This document shows positions 1-10,196 of a DNA stretch of 64,000 bases, in pieces. The notes beneath the pieces were generated by a model that worked only from the letters and a program-made list of their open reading frames with translations, ran no database searches and had not been told where the DNA came from. The stretch spans positions 704,001 through 768,000 of the forward strand of contig OZ242311.1 in NCBI GenBank assembly GCA_965207885.1, in the 5' to 3' direction. Position 1 is the first letter of the stretch. Every line of letters begins with the position of its first letter. This stretch comes from Candidatus Latescibacterota bacterium (GTDB lineage: Bacteria > Latescibacterota > UBA2968). Made by a program: the position numbers and the translations under genes.

Positions 1-705
1 CTTTTGGGCGCGTTGTTCGCGTTATTTGCGGCATTGCTCACGCAACAGCCGGTCTGGTTGCCTGGGGTGGTCCTCGATTTCCGCTACTATGTGGCGGCGT
101 TGCCCCTGCTCCTGGCGATGAAGGGGTTGTTTGCCGAATGGGTATGGCGCAAGTCGAGAATCGCCAGTGGGGCGGTCATCGCTGTCTTGCTGTTTACGAG
201 CGCGGGAGCTGCGCCGTTTAATATAACGATGGCTTTTACTGGAGAACGAACGCTTGGGGTACACTTTTTCCCATTTATCCGCGAAATTCATCGACCTTAC
301 CCCGATGCCATACAAGGGGCTTCCGATTATCTGTTGCAACACGCCGAACAGGATGACCAGGTGTATGTTCCGGGTTTTGCTGACCGCGAGGTGCTGACGT
401 TCTACACTGGGCATCGCGTTCTGTTTTGCGGTGTGCTCAAAGAGGATTCGTCCTTGCCGCGTGCTCGCGTGGAGGCATTGCGCAAGTCTCTTTACACTGG
501 GCAATGTAGTCCCGACTGGATCGCGGTTTTCGGACCGTTGTCGAGAGAATACTGGAATAATATCAAGGCGCACTACGCCGTGGCCACTGTATTGGATGTC
601 CATTATTATCCGACACAAAGGCCCGAAATTCCATGGCACGCCTTTGAACCCCTGCCGGCACGGGGTGGTGTGCATATTTTTCGCCGTAAGAGTACCGATC
701 CTTGA
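1..705 (+). CDS. C-terminal part of a membrane protein, probably a GT-C (ArnT/PMT-like) glycosyltransferase; truncated by window edge
   Basis: Hydrophobic segments with 'DFRYYVAALPLLL' followed by a soluble domain; lies in a sugar-biosynthesis cluster. Confidence 0.5.
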   Translation, partial: LLGALFALFAALLTQQPVWLPGVVLDFRYYVAALPLLLAMKGLFAEWVWRKSRIASGAVIAVLLFTSAGAAPFNITMAFTGERTLGVHFFPFIREIHRPYPDAIQGASDYLLQHAEQDDQVYVPGFADREVLTFYTGHRVLFCGVLKEDSSLPRARVEALRKSLYTGQCSPDWIAVFGPLSREYWNNIKAHYAVATVLDVHYYPTQRPEIPWHAFEPLPARGGVHIFRRKSTDP

Positions 706-767
706 GGCCTGCGAAAGTCCGTGCTGTGATATTCGGGTGACAATTTTTATTGGACTTGATTCAGGAT

Positions 768-1868
768 ATGAATACCAGCGATTCCAGCATAGCGATCCAC
801 CCGGATCCCATCATTGCGGGCGATATAGCCCGGATTATATCTTCCGATCTCGAGTGGTGCCGTTTGGCGGGGTGCTCGGTTCTGATTACGGGGGCGACTG
901 GTTTTTTGCCCGCCTATCTCGTCGAGGTTGTCCTGGCTCTTCGGCATTATCCCGCGCTCGTAGGGAACGATCCGCCGCGGGTTGTTGCTCTGGTGCGGTC
1001 GGAAGATCGCGCGCGGGCCAAATTTGGACGTCATTTGCAGGATCCCAATTTTACGCTTCTGGTGCAGGATGTTTGTACGCGGTTGCCCGTCGATATCCGG
1101 CCTGATTTTATTATTCACGCGGCGAGTCCGGCAAGTCCCAAATACTACCGGGACGATCCGGTCGGTACTATAGGGCCCAATACGGTGGGTACTGAATACC
1201 TTCTTGAGCGCGCCACAGATGTGGATGCAAAGGGTTTTTTGTTTTTTAGTTCGTCGGAGATATATGGCGATCTGCCGGAGACTATGATTCCGACGGGGGA
1301 GTCCGATGTGGGTGTGCTGGATCCGATTGATCCGCGCAACTGTTACGCCGAGTCGAAGCGTTTGGGCGAGGCGCTGTGCATTGCCTATCACCGGCAGTTC
1401 GGGGTTGCGGCTTCGATTGTGCGGCCTTTCCATGTGTATGGACCGGGCATGCGGTTTGACGATGGGCGCGTGTTCGCGGATTTTGCCGCCGCTGTTGTGC
1501 AGGGTCGGGATATTGAACTTCTGAGCGCGGGTACGGCGCGTCGGTCATTTTGTTATTTGGGGGATGCAATCGAGGGGTTTTTCCGCATTTTGTTGTGCGG
1601 TGAGTCCGGGACGGCGTATAATCTCGGCAATCCCGATTGCGAAGTTTCGATTGCAGAATTGGCGGAGATACTGACTGCGCTTTATCCCGAGAAGGGTTTG
1701 AAGGTGATCCGCGCTGTCCGGAAAGCAGGGGATCCCTATATGCCGAGTAAGGTCGAGCGGTCGTGTCCAGATATTGGGCGACTCAGGTCGCTTGGATGGA
1801 GGCCCTCGATTGATATTGGGACGGGATTTCGACGCGCTATCGATAGTTTGTCTTTGGGTGCTTTGTAA
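768..1868 (+). CDS. NAD-dependent NDP-sugar epimerase/dehydratase (extended SDR, UDP-glucuronate decarboxylase-like)
   Basis: ITGATGFL Rossmann motif, HAASPASP, SSSEIYG, catalytic YAESK, RPFHVYGP. Confidence 0.9.
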   Translation: MNTSDSSIAIHPDPIIAGDIARIISSDLEWCRLAGCSVLITGATGFLPAYLVEVVLALRHYPALVGNDPPRVVALVRSEDRARAKFGRHLQDPNFTLLVQDVCTRLPVDIRPDFIIHAASPASPKYYRDDPVGTIGPNTVGTEYLLERATDVDAKGFLFFSSSEIYGDLPETMIPTGESDVGVLDPIDPRNCYAESKRLGEALCIAYHRQFGVAASIVRPFHVYGPGMRFDDGRVFADFAAAVVQGRDIELLSAGTARRSFCYLGDAIEGFFRILLCGESGTAYNLGNPDCEVSIAELAEILTALYPEKGLKVIRAVRKAGDPYMPSKVERSCPDIGRLRSLGWRPSIDIGTGFRRAIDSLSLGAL

Positions 1869-2806
1869 TGAAGGATTTGGATATCCAGGCGCTTTGTGAT
1901 CTGCGGCTGGCTTATGAGCGAGGTGATCTGGATCGGCAGAAGTTCTGGGAATTGATGCGGGATTACCATCTTCGTTTGCGCGCCTATCTGCCGCTTTTGG
2001 CAAAGGGCGAGGTCGCGTCCATACAGATCGGTGAGACGGGTTTGATCGCTCAGCTCAAGTCGGGGTTGAAATTTTTCTGGAATCCCGAGAATCTTCGAGA
2101 GCCTGTTTCCGAGGCGATCAATCACGGTGCTTATGAACGGTTTGCCGGTCGCGTGATTGTCCGATGCGCCAGGCGCGCTTCTCTCTCGGTTGACGCTGGC
2201 GCGAATATAGGCTGGTATTCGGTTAAGATGGCAATGGGGGGTGGACGGGTTATTGCCTATGAACCGGTGGGGGATACAGCCGCGGTGTTGAAGGCGAATA
2301 TCGCGCTCAATGGCTTTTCTGATCGCATAACTGTGATATCTCAGGGTCTCGCCGCCCGTCCGGGTCAGGGCGAAATTTTTTTGCCGCGGGATACGGGGCA
2401 TGTCGGTGCCTCGCTGCGGGAGTTGCATCCCGGGGAGATGGGTCGCAAGTTGACTGTTCGTCTGACGACGCTCGACGAGTCTCTGCAGGGCAATACGGGG
2501 GTTCCGCTCGATCTTTTGAAGTGCGATGTAGAAGGTGCAGAGTTGATGGTTCTGCAAGGGGGGGCTGGGGTTATAGCGCGCGACCGACCGGTACTGTTTT
2601 TGGAGCTTCTCCGCAAGTGGTCGGCTGCGTTTGGCTATCATCCCAACGAGGTGATTGCATGGACGAAAGCTCTCGGCTATGACTGCTGGGCGGTTGGTGA
2701 AGGGCAGCTTCGGTACTGTGAAACGATTGCGGATGATACCGTTGAGACGAATTTTTTGTTTGTGCAGTTAGAGCGCGATGCCGCGCTGATTGAGGGGTTG
2801 ACTTAG
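1868..2806 (+). CDS. FkbM-family SAM-dependent methyltransferase
   Basis: [14 protein letters not shown], and [11 protein letters not shown] motifs; start overlaps the upstream stop. Confidence 0.9.
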   Translation: MKDLDIQALCDLRLAYERGDLDRQKFWELMRDYHLRLRAYLPLLAKGEVASIQIGETGLIAQLKSGLKFFWNPENLREPVSEAINHGAYERFAGRVIVRCARRASLSVDAGANIGWYSVKMAMGGGRVIAYEPVGDTAAVLKANIALNGFSDRITVISQGLAARPGQGEIFLPRDTGHVGASLRELHPGEMGRKLTVRLTTLDESLQGNTGVPLDLLKCDVEGAELMVLQGGAGVIARDRPVLFLELLRKWSAAFGYHPNEVIAWTKALGYDCWAVGEGQLRYCETIADDTVETNFLFVQLERDAALIEGLT

Positions 2807-2816
2807 GGGGTTGCGT

Positions 2817-4148
2817 ATGTCTTCATTGGAGAATTCCGGATCGAGAGCGGATGTGCTGCGGTCCGAGATATTGAGGCTTACAGCAGAGTATGCCGCGCTG
2901 GCTCATCCTCCGGGTGTATTTGATGCCGAGCGCAGTCCGGTTCCGGTTTCGGGACGGGTGTACGGTGGGGAGGATATGGTGTCGCTGGTCGATTCTGCAC
3001 TCGATTTCTGGCTTACTACGGGGCGGTTCAATGCGGAGTTCGAGCGGCGGCTTGGCGATTTTCTGGGGCGCAAGCATGTGCTTACTGTCAATTCTGGATC
3101 TTCTGCCAATCTGGTTGCGTTCGCTTCCCTGACGTCGCATTTGCTCAGGGATCGCGCACTGCGGGCGGGCGACGAGGTCATTACGTGTGCGACCGGATTT
3201 CCGACGACGGTGAATCCCATCATGTTATATGGTATGGTGCCGGTTTTTGTCGATGTGGATATTCCTACTTATAATATTGATCCTTCAGGGCTGGAAGAAG
3301 CTGTTACCGATAAGACCAGGGCGATTATGCTGGCGCATACGCTGGGCAACCCATTTGATCTGGGGCGCGTGATGGAGGTCGCCGATCGCCACGATTTGTT
3401 CGTGATTGAAGATTGTTGCGACGCGCTCGGCGCGCGCTATGACGGTCAACTCGTGGGTACTTTTGGGGCTATTGGGACGCTGAGTTTTTATCCGGCGCAT
3501 CACATCACGATGGGCGAAGGTGGTGCCGTGTTCACGAATAGAGCCATTTTGCGCCGGGCTATGGAGTCGATTCGCGACTGGGGCAGGGATTGCTTTTGCG
3601 CGCCGGGTATGGACAATACTTGTGGTCGCCGGTTTGATTGGCAACTCGGCAATCTGCCGTATGGGTTCGACCATAAATACATTTACTCACATCTCGGTTT
3701 TAATTTGAAGATTACGGATATGCAGGCCGCTGTTGGGGTGGCACAGCTTTCTCATCTGGACGGGTTTCTCGAGAAGCGGCAGCACAATGCGGAACGGTTG
3801 TTGCGCGGTCTCGCTCCGCTTCGGGAATATTTTATTTTGCCCGAAGCGACGCCGGGTAGCGAACCGTCCTGGTTCGGATTGCCCCTTACCGTGCGCGATG
3901 GCGCGCCTTTTTCCCGCGACGAACTGGTGCGGCATCTAAATGCGCGGCGAATAGGTACTCGCTTTCTCTTTGGCGGCAATCTGGTGCATCAACCCTATAT
4001 GATTGGCAGGGAATACCGGGTCGCTGGCGATCTGGACAATGCGGATGTTGTTATGAATCGGACGTTCTGGATTGGCGTTTATCCCGGTCTGGACGATGCC
4101 CACATTGATTATATGCTCGAAGTGATTGCCGATTTTGTGCGCGTTTGA
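2817..4148 (+). CDS. rfbH: CDP-4-keto-6-deoxyglucose 3-dehydrase (RfbH/DdhC, PMP- and Fe-S-dependent E1)
   Basis: [31 protein letters not shown] (His instead of the Schiff-base Lys), RDWGRDCFC...NTCG..F, DHKY. Confidence 0.93.
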   Translation: MSSLENSGSRADVLRSEILRLTAEYAALAHPPGVFDAERSPVPVSGRVYGGEDMVSLVDSALDFWLTTGRFNAEFERRLGDFLGRKHVLTVNSGSSANLVAFASLTSHLLRDRALRAGDEVITCATGFPTTVNPIMLYGMVPVFVDVDIPTYNIDPSGLEEAVTDKTRAIMLAHTLGNPFDLGRVMEVADRHDLFVIEDCCDALGARYDGQLVGTFGAIGTLSFYPAHHITMGEGGAVFTNRAILRRAMESIRDWGRDCFCAPGMDNTCGRRFDWQLGNLPYGFDHKYIYSHLGFNLKITDMQAAVGVAQLSHLDGFLEKRQHNAERLLRGLAPLREYFILPEATPGSEPSWFGLPLTVRDGAPFSRDELVRHLNARRIGTRFLFGGNLVHQPYMIGREYRVAGDLDNADVVMNRTFWIGVYPGLDDAHIDYMLEVIADFVRV

Positions 4149-4159
4149 GGACATGTGCT

Positions 4160-5137
4160 ATGACGGCGAGAAAAAAAATCGGCATTGTCACGCCTTGCTA
4201 CAATGAAGAAGATACCGTCGATGAGTGCCATGCGACGGTGAAAGCCCTGTTTGCTGGTCCTCTATCTGATTATGCCTATGAACACCTTTTTTGTGACAAC
4301 TGTTCTACAGACGCTACGCTTGAGCGATTGAAAGTCATTGCCAGTGCCGATGCCAATGTGCGGGTGATTGCCAATTCGCGGAATTTTGGGGCTTTTCGCA
4401 ATTTGTTCAATGGCACGATGGCTGTTGGCGGGGATGCTGTGGTGCCGTTTTTGCCGGCTGATCTGCAGGACCCTCCTGATCTTTTGCCCACTTTTGTCCA
4501 GCATTGGGAAGATGGATATAAGGTGGTCTATGGTATTCGCGCCAATCGGGAGGAGTCGTGGCCGATGCGTACTATGCGCCGGTGGTTTTACAAGTTGGTC
4601 AACCACTGGTCGCCTTTTGAGATTCCCCAAAATGCCGGGGAGTTTCAGTTGATTGATCGCGTTGTGGTGGAGAATCTCCGCGCTTTTGACGACCACTTTC
4701 CCTATTTGCGAGGGATGATTGCCTATTGTGGTTTTGATTCGATTGGCGTGCCCTATACTTGGAAGAAGCGCGGGCGCGGTTTGTCCAAGTCATCGGCGTC
4801 TTCGCTGATTGAAGACGGGTTGAACGGTCTCATTTCTTTTAGTATGATGCCTATCCGGATCGCGCTGTTCGCCGGGTTTTCTCTGGCGTCACTCAGCATT
4901 CTGGTCGCTTTGATTATGCTGATTATCAATTTGATCTACTATAGAGAATTGGCGCCGCCCGGGATTCCACTGCTGACTGTTTCTCTGTTTTTTTTCGCTG
5001 GTTTCCAGCTTTTTTTTATGGGTCTTCTCGGCGAGTATATTCTCGCTATCCATTCCCAGGTGCGCCGCCGCCCATTGGTGATTGAACGAGAGCGCGTAAA
5101 TTTTTCGGATGATTCGCAACGGGAACAAGAGGTATAA
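4160..5137 (+). CDS. GT2 polyprenol-phosphate glycosyltransferase (GtrB/ArnC-like)
   Basis: VTPCYNEE, SRNFG, ADLQDPP, two C-terminal TM helices, GLLGEYI..I...RRP. Confidence 0.9.
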   Translation: MTARKKIGIVTPCYNEEDTVDECHATVKALFAGPLSDYAYEHLFCDNCSTDATLERLKVIASADANVRVIANSRNFGAFRNLFNGTMAVGGDAVVPFLPADLQDPPDLLPTFVQHWEDGYKVVYGIRANREESWPMRTMRRWFYKLVNHWSPFEIPQNAGEFQLIDRVVVENLRAFDDHFPYLRGMIAYCGFDSIGVPYTWKKRGRGLSKSSASSLIEDGLNGLISFSMMPIRIALFAGFSLASLSILVALIMLIINLIYYRELAPPGIPLLTVSLFFFAGFQLFFMGLLGEYILAIHSQVRRRPLVIERERVNFSDDSQREQEV

Positions 5138-5195
5138 ATGGTGAGACGACGAGATACGCGAATTGCCGAGGATGATCGGCGGATTGGAAGCGCGC

Positions 5196-6872
5196 ATGGG
5201 TAAGGGCACGCGGAGAGGTAGGCGCCGGGGTAGGCGAGAACGCACACGCGCTTTGACTTTGCGATCTTTGCCGGATATACTGCTGCATCCACAGGGGACC
5301 GATGCACCTGTTTGGAAATACTTCGTCCCCATATTGGTGCTGGCGTTTGCGGCACGCGCCGCTATCGTTCTTTCCGGCGACTTTTTTTTACATGCTGACG
5401 AACTCTATCAAATCCTGGAGCAGGGGCATCGCCTCGCTTTTGGCAATGGGTTAGTCCCCTGGGAGCACTTCTACGGCGTACGTCCATTGCTGCTACCTGT
5501 GGTGATCGCGGGGATGTTGATGGTGTTCGATGCACTCGGCCTTGGTCAACCGGTGTGGTATGTGGATGGCGTCAAATTGCTGTTTTGTGCGATTTCCCTG
5601 TTGATTCCAGCGGGAATGTACTTTTTTGCACGACAGCATTTTGGCGAAACTACGGGGCGGATCGCGCTGTTGGTCGGGGCGTTTTGGTACGAATTTGTCG
5701 GTTTTGCACACAAGCCGATGGCTGAATTTGTGGCAACCGAACTCCTGATGGTTGCGCTCGCTGTTTGTGTATATCCCTCGTGGGACAAGACCAGGATAAA
5801 AATTTGGTTGCTGGCATTTCTGCCGGTCGTGCTGGCGGCTGTGCGCATACAATACACACCAATCGCGTTTATGCTGCTCGGCCTGTTCTTTTTGCGCACA
5901 GAAAGGAAAATAGAGTTCGGGATGGTTGTGGTTGCGTCTGTGCTTATGGTTGGCGTGTTTGATGCAGTAACATGGGGTGGCGAGTTATTTCACTCTTATA
6001 TCTCCTATTTTCGCTACCACAATGCATATCAAACACTTGTTGCCAGTCACACCGCTAACTATCCCGGTTACCAATATTTGATTTGGCTGGCGATTGCCAG
6101 TGTCGGGTTGGGTTTGCTGTGCGTTGCACTGGCTCTGCGGGATGTGCGTCGCTACGGATTCCTGTTGGCACTGCTGATCGCGCTCGTGGTCTTGCACTCG
6201 GTGCCGGGCCACAAGGAATATCGCTATATCTTTCTCGCCCTTCCCCTCTGTCTCATGATCGGTGCAGACATTGTGGCGCAGTTCACAATGAGCCGCAAGT
6301 ACCTGTGCGCGGCTGTGGTGTTTGTCGTTGTTTCAGTGGGCGGCTTTTTAGAGCGGTTGCCGTATCAAGACAGGATGTATCTGGCGTTCTTTGGGCAAGA
6401 ACCGCGTAAAGTCGGCTTCATTGACAAGCAGGATCTGATTTTAGACGCTCAGCTATATCTTTTCGATGCCTACCGTTATCTCGCCCATGCGCCCGATGTG
6501 GTCGGGGTATGGCAGCTCGATAAGGCTTATGTTTCAACACCGGGGTATTATTATCTACACCAAAAAGTGCCGTTCTATGACCATGAAACAGGCATGGAGC
6601 ATGTAGGCACCAATTTGCAAAAGATACTTACCTCGGTCAGTCACATTGTATCTCTACAGGACAATTCCATACCCGCCTATGTGCTGGAAAAAAAATTTGG
6701 CCCTGTGCGGATTTATTGCCGGGAGCAAAAAGATCTGGCCGTGCGTCAGTGGGAACACTATACGCCTGTTTTTGGGGAGGATTTCGCAAAGCTTATGCTC
6801 AGGGCAGATTCCGACGCGCGTCCTTTTCCGCCCAACGCGGGCATTCGCTTTGTAGATGAAGATCGGCGTTGA
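5196..6872 (+). CDS. GT-C integral membrane glycosyltransferase, Alg9/PIG-B (GT22)-like
   Basis: HADELYQILEQGHRLAFG..VPWE and HSVPGHKEYRYI motifs typical of GT22; many TM helices; start uncertain (5163/5196). Confidence 0.8.
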   Translation: MGKGTRRGRRRGRRERTRALTLRSLPDILLHPQGTDAPVWKYFVPILVLAFAARAAIVLSGDFFLHADELYQILEQGHRLAFGNGLVPWEHFYGVRPLLLPVVIAGMLMVFDALGLGQPVWYVDGVKLLFCAISLLIPAGMYFFARQHFGETTGRIALLVGAFWYEFVGFAHKPMAEFVATELLMVALAVCVYPSWDKTRIKIWLLAFLPVVLAAVRIQYTPIAFMLLGLFFLRTERKIEFGMVVVASVLMVGVFDAVTWGGELFHSYISYFRYHNAYQTLVASHTANYPGYQYLIWLAIASVGLGLLCVALALRDVRRYGFLLALLIALVVLHSVPGHKEYRYIFLALPLCLMIGADIVAQFTMSRKYLCAAVVFVVVSVGGFLERLPYQDRMYLAFFGQEPRKVGFIDKQDLILDAQLYLFDAYRYLAHAPDVVGVWQLDKAYVSTPGYYYLHQKVPFYDHETGMEHVGTNLQKILTSVSHIVSLQDNSIPAYVLEKKFGPVRIYCREQKDLAVRQWEHYTPVFGEDFAKLMLRADSDARPFPPNAGIRFVDEDRR

Positions 6873-6904
6873 TCTGTTGCTTTGATGGAGGGTGGGAGAT
6901 TTTT

Positions 6905-7720
6905 ATGAACATTGAAGACATCGCCACATTTGCCGCGGGGATTCGCCGCCACGCCCTGTGTATGGTGCATCACGCGGGGGCTTCGCATATCGGTACCTGT
7001 TTGTCTATGGCCGATTTGCTGGCGGTGCTGTATTGCCGCACGCTGAGGATTGATCCGCGGCGGCCCGATTGGCCGGGGCGCGACCGATTTGTTTTGAGCA
7101 AGGGGCACGGTACCGCGATTTTGTATGCGGCGCTGGCAGAGCGCGGGTTTTTTCCGGTGGAATGGTTGGACCGCTATTGCGCGGATGGTTCTCCTTTGAC
7201 CGGGCATATCAACCATCTGGGCGTGCCGGGGGTGGAGGTGTCAACGGGTTCGCTTGGGCACGGGCTTTCTATCGGCTGTGGCATGGCATTGGCCGGGCGC
7301 GCGGCGTCCGATCCGTACCGCTGTTTTGTTTTGCTGAGTGACGGAGAGTGCGACGAGGGGTCTATCTGGGAGGCGGCGCTTTTTGCTCCGCACCATCGGC
7401 TCGGCAATTTGACGGTTATAATTGATTATAATAAGATTCAGAGTTTTGGCACGGTTGCAGAGGTTCTCGACCTGGAGCCGCTTGCAGATAAGTGGCGGGC
7501 TTTTGGCTGGCGGGTTTTGGAGATTGACGGTCACGATCTGGTCGCTATTGAAGACGCTTTGCACGGTGTGGATGCCAGTGCGGATCGTCCCCTGGCGTTG
7601 ATCGCGCATACGGTGAAGGGCAAGGGCGTGAGTTTTATGGAGGACGATTTGCTCTGGCATTACCGCAATCCCGATGACGATCAACTCGCCGCGGCACTGC
7701 GAGAGGTGGGGGGTGCGTGA
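6905..7720 (+). CDS. Transketolase-like, N-terminal (TPP-binding) subunit
   Basis: SHIG, DRFVLSKGH, STGSLGHG, SDGECDEGSIWE, HTVKGKGVSFME. Confidence 0.93.
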   Translation: MNIEDIATFAAGIRRHALCMVHHAGASHIGTCLSMADLLAVLYCRTLRIDPRRPDWPGRDRFVLSKGHGTAILYAALAERGFFPVEWLDRYCADGSPLTGHINHLGVPGVEVSTGSLGHGLSIGCGMALAGRAASDPYRCFVLLSDGECDEGSIWEAALFAPHHRLGNLTVIIDYNKIQSFGTVAEVLDLEPLADKWRAFGWRVLEIDGHDLVAIEDALHGVDASADRPLALIAHTVKGKGVSFMEDDLLWHYRNPDDDQLAAALREVGGA

Positions 7721-8646
7721 TGCGGACGATGTTTATTAATACGTTGCTGGAACTGGCTGACGAGGATGATCGCATCTTTTTGTTGTGCGGGGATCTGGGT
7801 TATTCTGTGCTGGAGCCGTTTTTCGAGCGGTTTCCCGACCGGTTTGTCAATGTGGGGGTTGCCGAGCAGAATATGATCGGTATTGCAGCCGGGCTGGCGC
7901 AGGGCGGCTATGTCGCGTTTTGCTATTCTATTGCAAATTTTCCGACGTTGCGCTGTCTCGAGCAGATCAGGAATGATGTTTGCTATCACGATTGCAATGT
8001 TACTGTTGTGTCTGTCGGAGGGGGCGTGGCTTATGGTGCCCAGGGGTATAGCCATCACGCGGTTGAAGATCTGGCGGTGATGCGGGCGTTGCCGAATATG
8101 GTGGTGGCCGCGCCGGGCGATCCCTTAGAGGTTCGCGCGTTGAACCGTGCGCTGGTCGATCATCCGGGTCCGGGGTTTTTGCGCCTGGGCAAGGCGGGCG
8201 AAGCGATTTTGCACGATGCGGTGCCATCGCTTGAGATGGGAGAGGTGATCGAGATGCGAGATGGGGACGATGTGGTCCTGCTGAGTACTGGTGGCATGCT
8301 GGAAACTGCATTGCAGGTCGCCGATCAGCTCGCCCAACAGGGCATTGATGCGGGGGTGACGAGTGTGCCATTTCTCAAGCCGCTGAATACGGCTTATGTC
8401 ACCGAGGCTGCGCGACGGGCCGCGCTTTTGTGTACGCTCGAAGAGCACGGGCCTATAGGTGGCCTGGGCGAAGCCGTGGCGTCTTGTCTGGCGCAGTTGG
8501 CAGGAGACCGCGCCGCGTTGTTGCCATTTAGCCTGCCAGAGGGCAGCACAAAAGGCGTGTCTGGCGATCAACACTATTTGCGGGCACGCGGCGGTCTCGA
8601 TCTCGATAGCATTTTCGCGGCTGTTACCGACGCCATTCGTCTTTGA
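7717..8646 (+). CDS. Transketolase-like, C-terminal (pyrimidine-binding) subunit
   Basis: NVGVAEQNMIGIAAGLA, EQIRND, SHHAVED, TLEEH..GGLGE; overlaps upstream stop (GTGA). Confidence 0.93.
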   Translation: MMRTMFINTLLELADEDDRIFLLCGDLGYSVLEPFFERFPDRFVNVGVAEQNMIGIAAGLAQGGYVAFCYSIANFPTLRCLEQIRNDVCYHDCNVTVVSVGGGVAYGAQGYSHHAVEDLAVMRALPNMVVAAPGDPLEVRALNRALVDHPGPGFLRLGKAGEAILHDAVPSLEMGEVIEMRDGDDVVLLSTGGMLETALQVADQLAQQGIDAGVTSVPFLKPLNTAYVTEAARRAALLCTLEEHGPIGGLGEAVASCLAQLAGDRAALLPFSLPEGSTKGVSGDQHYLRARGGLDLDSIFAAVTDAIRL

Positions 8647-8660
8647 CTTTCGCCTTTGAC

Positions 8661-8756
8661 TTTCATCACTGGATAGAATCATTCCAGTGCAGGCTCTGTC
8701 CATCCTCTCATCCTGCCCATCACTGGATAGAATCACTCCAGTGCAGGCTCTGATCC
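8661..8756 (+). repeat. ATCCTG-type intergenic repeat carrying two 28-bp hairpin insertions (8668-8695, 8722-8749)
   Basis: ACTGGATAGAATCA(T/C)TCCAGTGCAGGCT occurs twice; removing both restores a sequence matching the element at 51268-51311. Confidence 0.85.
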
Positions 8757-8917
8757 TATTTGCTTTTGTTCTTTCCCTGTATTCTTTATATTCCTTATAT
8801 ATATTGAGGTTGAATTGAAATAAATGAGGCAGTTATTTTTCCCCAAACACAACAGGTTCAGGTATGGCCCTGCAAACCGTCCAGTTGATTGTTCACATTC
8901 ACTGAGGAGGTATCCCA

Positions 8918-9460
8918 ATGGCTGAGGTTGACGAAAGCCGTATTGAAACAGCTATTGAAACGATGTCCAAACAATTTGAGGGATACCATGAAACTCAGAT
9001 TGGCATATTTGAGAGGTTAGACGCCCATCGCGCGGTTCAGGATGAGGTGTTAAAGCGGTTGGACAAACAGATAACGCAGAATGAGGAACGCATCCGCCAG
9101 AATGAAATAGCTATCGCCAACCTTGACAAGCGTCTTGTGAGACTGGAAACAACGGTTGATCGTATTGACAACGCGGTAATGGAGATTCAAAAAGAGCAAA
9201 AAGAATTGAGAACTTATGTGGATAATAGGTTCGATAGGGTTGATGAGCGTTTTGATGCGATGGGGTTGCGTACGGATGTCAAGTTTAATAAGATTGATGA
9301 GAAGTTCGATAAGGTTGATGAGCGTTTCGATGCGATGGGGTTGCGTATGGACAATAGATTTGATGCGCTTGCGACGCGGATATATTGGAGTGCGGGCATT
9401 GTGACTGCTTGCCTGACAATCGTGTTGGCAATTATGACGTATATTTTGAAAGTTCTTTAA
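8918..9460 (+). CDS. Coiled-coil protein with C-terminal TM anchor and internal FD.VDERFDAMGLR repeat (Bdr/DUF1640-like)
   Basis: RBS GAGGAGG; heptad pattern; near-identical 35-nt segment repeated 75 nt apart; hydrophobic C-terminus. Confidence 0.75.
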   Translation: MAEVDESRIETAIETMSKQFEGYHETQIGIFERLDAHRAVQDEVLKRLDKQITQNEERIRQNEIAIANLDKRLVRLETTVDRIDNAVMEIQKEQKELRTYVDNRFDRVDERFDAMGLRTDVKFNKIDEKFDKVDERFDAMGLRMDNRFDALATRIYWSAGIVTACLTIVLAIMTYILKVL

Positions 9461-9505
9461 GAAGCTGGAATTTTACCATAATCCAGAAGATTTTGACTTT
9501 ATGCT

Positions 9506-9662
9506 GTCATTGCGGCGTGCAGTTAGCCGCAATCCAGAGATTTTGCCTTTGCTTTTCGCCTTTCATTCGTGTTCATCTGTGGATGCCTTTCGCCTTTGCC
9601 CTTGCCTTTCGCCTTTGCCTTTAATCCTGTCCATCCTTTCATCCTGTAAATCCTGATTCTGA
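9506..9662 (+). repeat. Composite intergenic repeat: GTCAT-hairpin (9506-9537), TTTGCC run, ATCYGTG unit and ATCCTG unit
   Basis: Same modules recur at many other spacers in the window. Confidence 0.85.
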
Positions 9663-9713
9663 TTGTGTTTGCATTTCTTTTTTATTATCATATCATTATG
9701 ATACAAAAAACGC

Positions 9714-9742
9714 TTGACACTATGTTTTTGATTGCATATAAT
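9714..9742 (+). promoter_or_regulatory. Consensus sigma70 promoter upstream of the surface-protein cluster
   Basis: TTGACA (9714-9719), 17-bp spacer, TATAAT (9737-9742), A/T-rich sequence upstream. Confidence 0.85.
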
Positions 9743-10093
9743 TAGCCCGTCGTATATTTAAGGTGGAGCAGTTCCCATGAACCAAACATCAAACAAAACA
9801 GAAGGGGTATTATTTTTTCCTAACGCATGGATCCTCAACGCGATTGTGAGGATGTTGTATTGGTGTGTGTTAGGCTGTTTTTGGAAGGAGGTACTAGAAT
9901 AAAATGCCGAGTTCATAAGTTGTTACGTAAATTGTTGTTTTTTAGAGGAATTTAAAGATATGAAAACAAGTTCGTTGAAGGGAGGGATATAAATTTGGAA
10001 TTGAGAAGTGCTTCTCCGTTGCTCCGCAAAGGTCGCGGCCCTCACCCTGTTCTGGGGTCCGGTCTCAAACAACACGAGGGACAGCGCGAGAAT

Positions 10094-10119
10094 GTAGGGG
10101 CAATCCCTTGTGGTTGCCC
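10094..10119 (+). repeat. GTAG-type REP-like palindrome
   Basis: GTAGGGGCAATCCCTTGTGGTTGCCC. Confidence 0.7.
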
Positions 10120-10196
10120 GCAGTTTCGCAGTAGATTTAAGATGTTCGTAAATAATCAGTTATTCGATCCTGACTTTTTTTTAGGAGGTCGATAGG

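Noticed and set aside
8664-8752. Two 35-bp palindromic direct repeats resembling a mini-CRISPR
   Set aside because: Only two units, the 19-bp 'spacer' is itself part of the ATCCTG repeat family, and there are no cas genes in the window; better explained as nested insertions
9995-10195. 66-aa ORF upstream of the giant gene as a leader peptide
   Set aside because: TTG start, runs through a REP palindrome, no recognisable features
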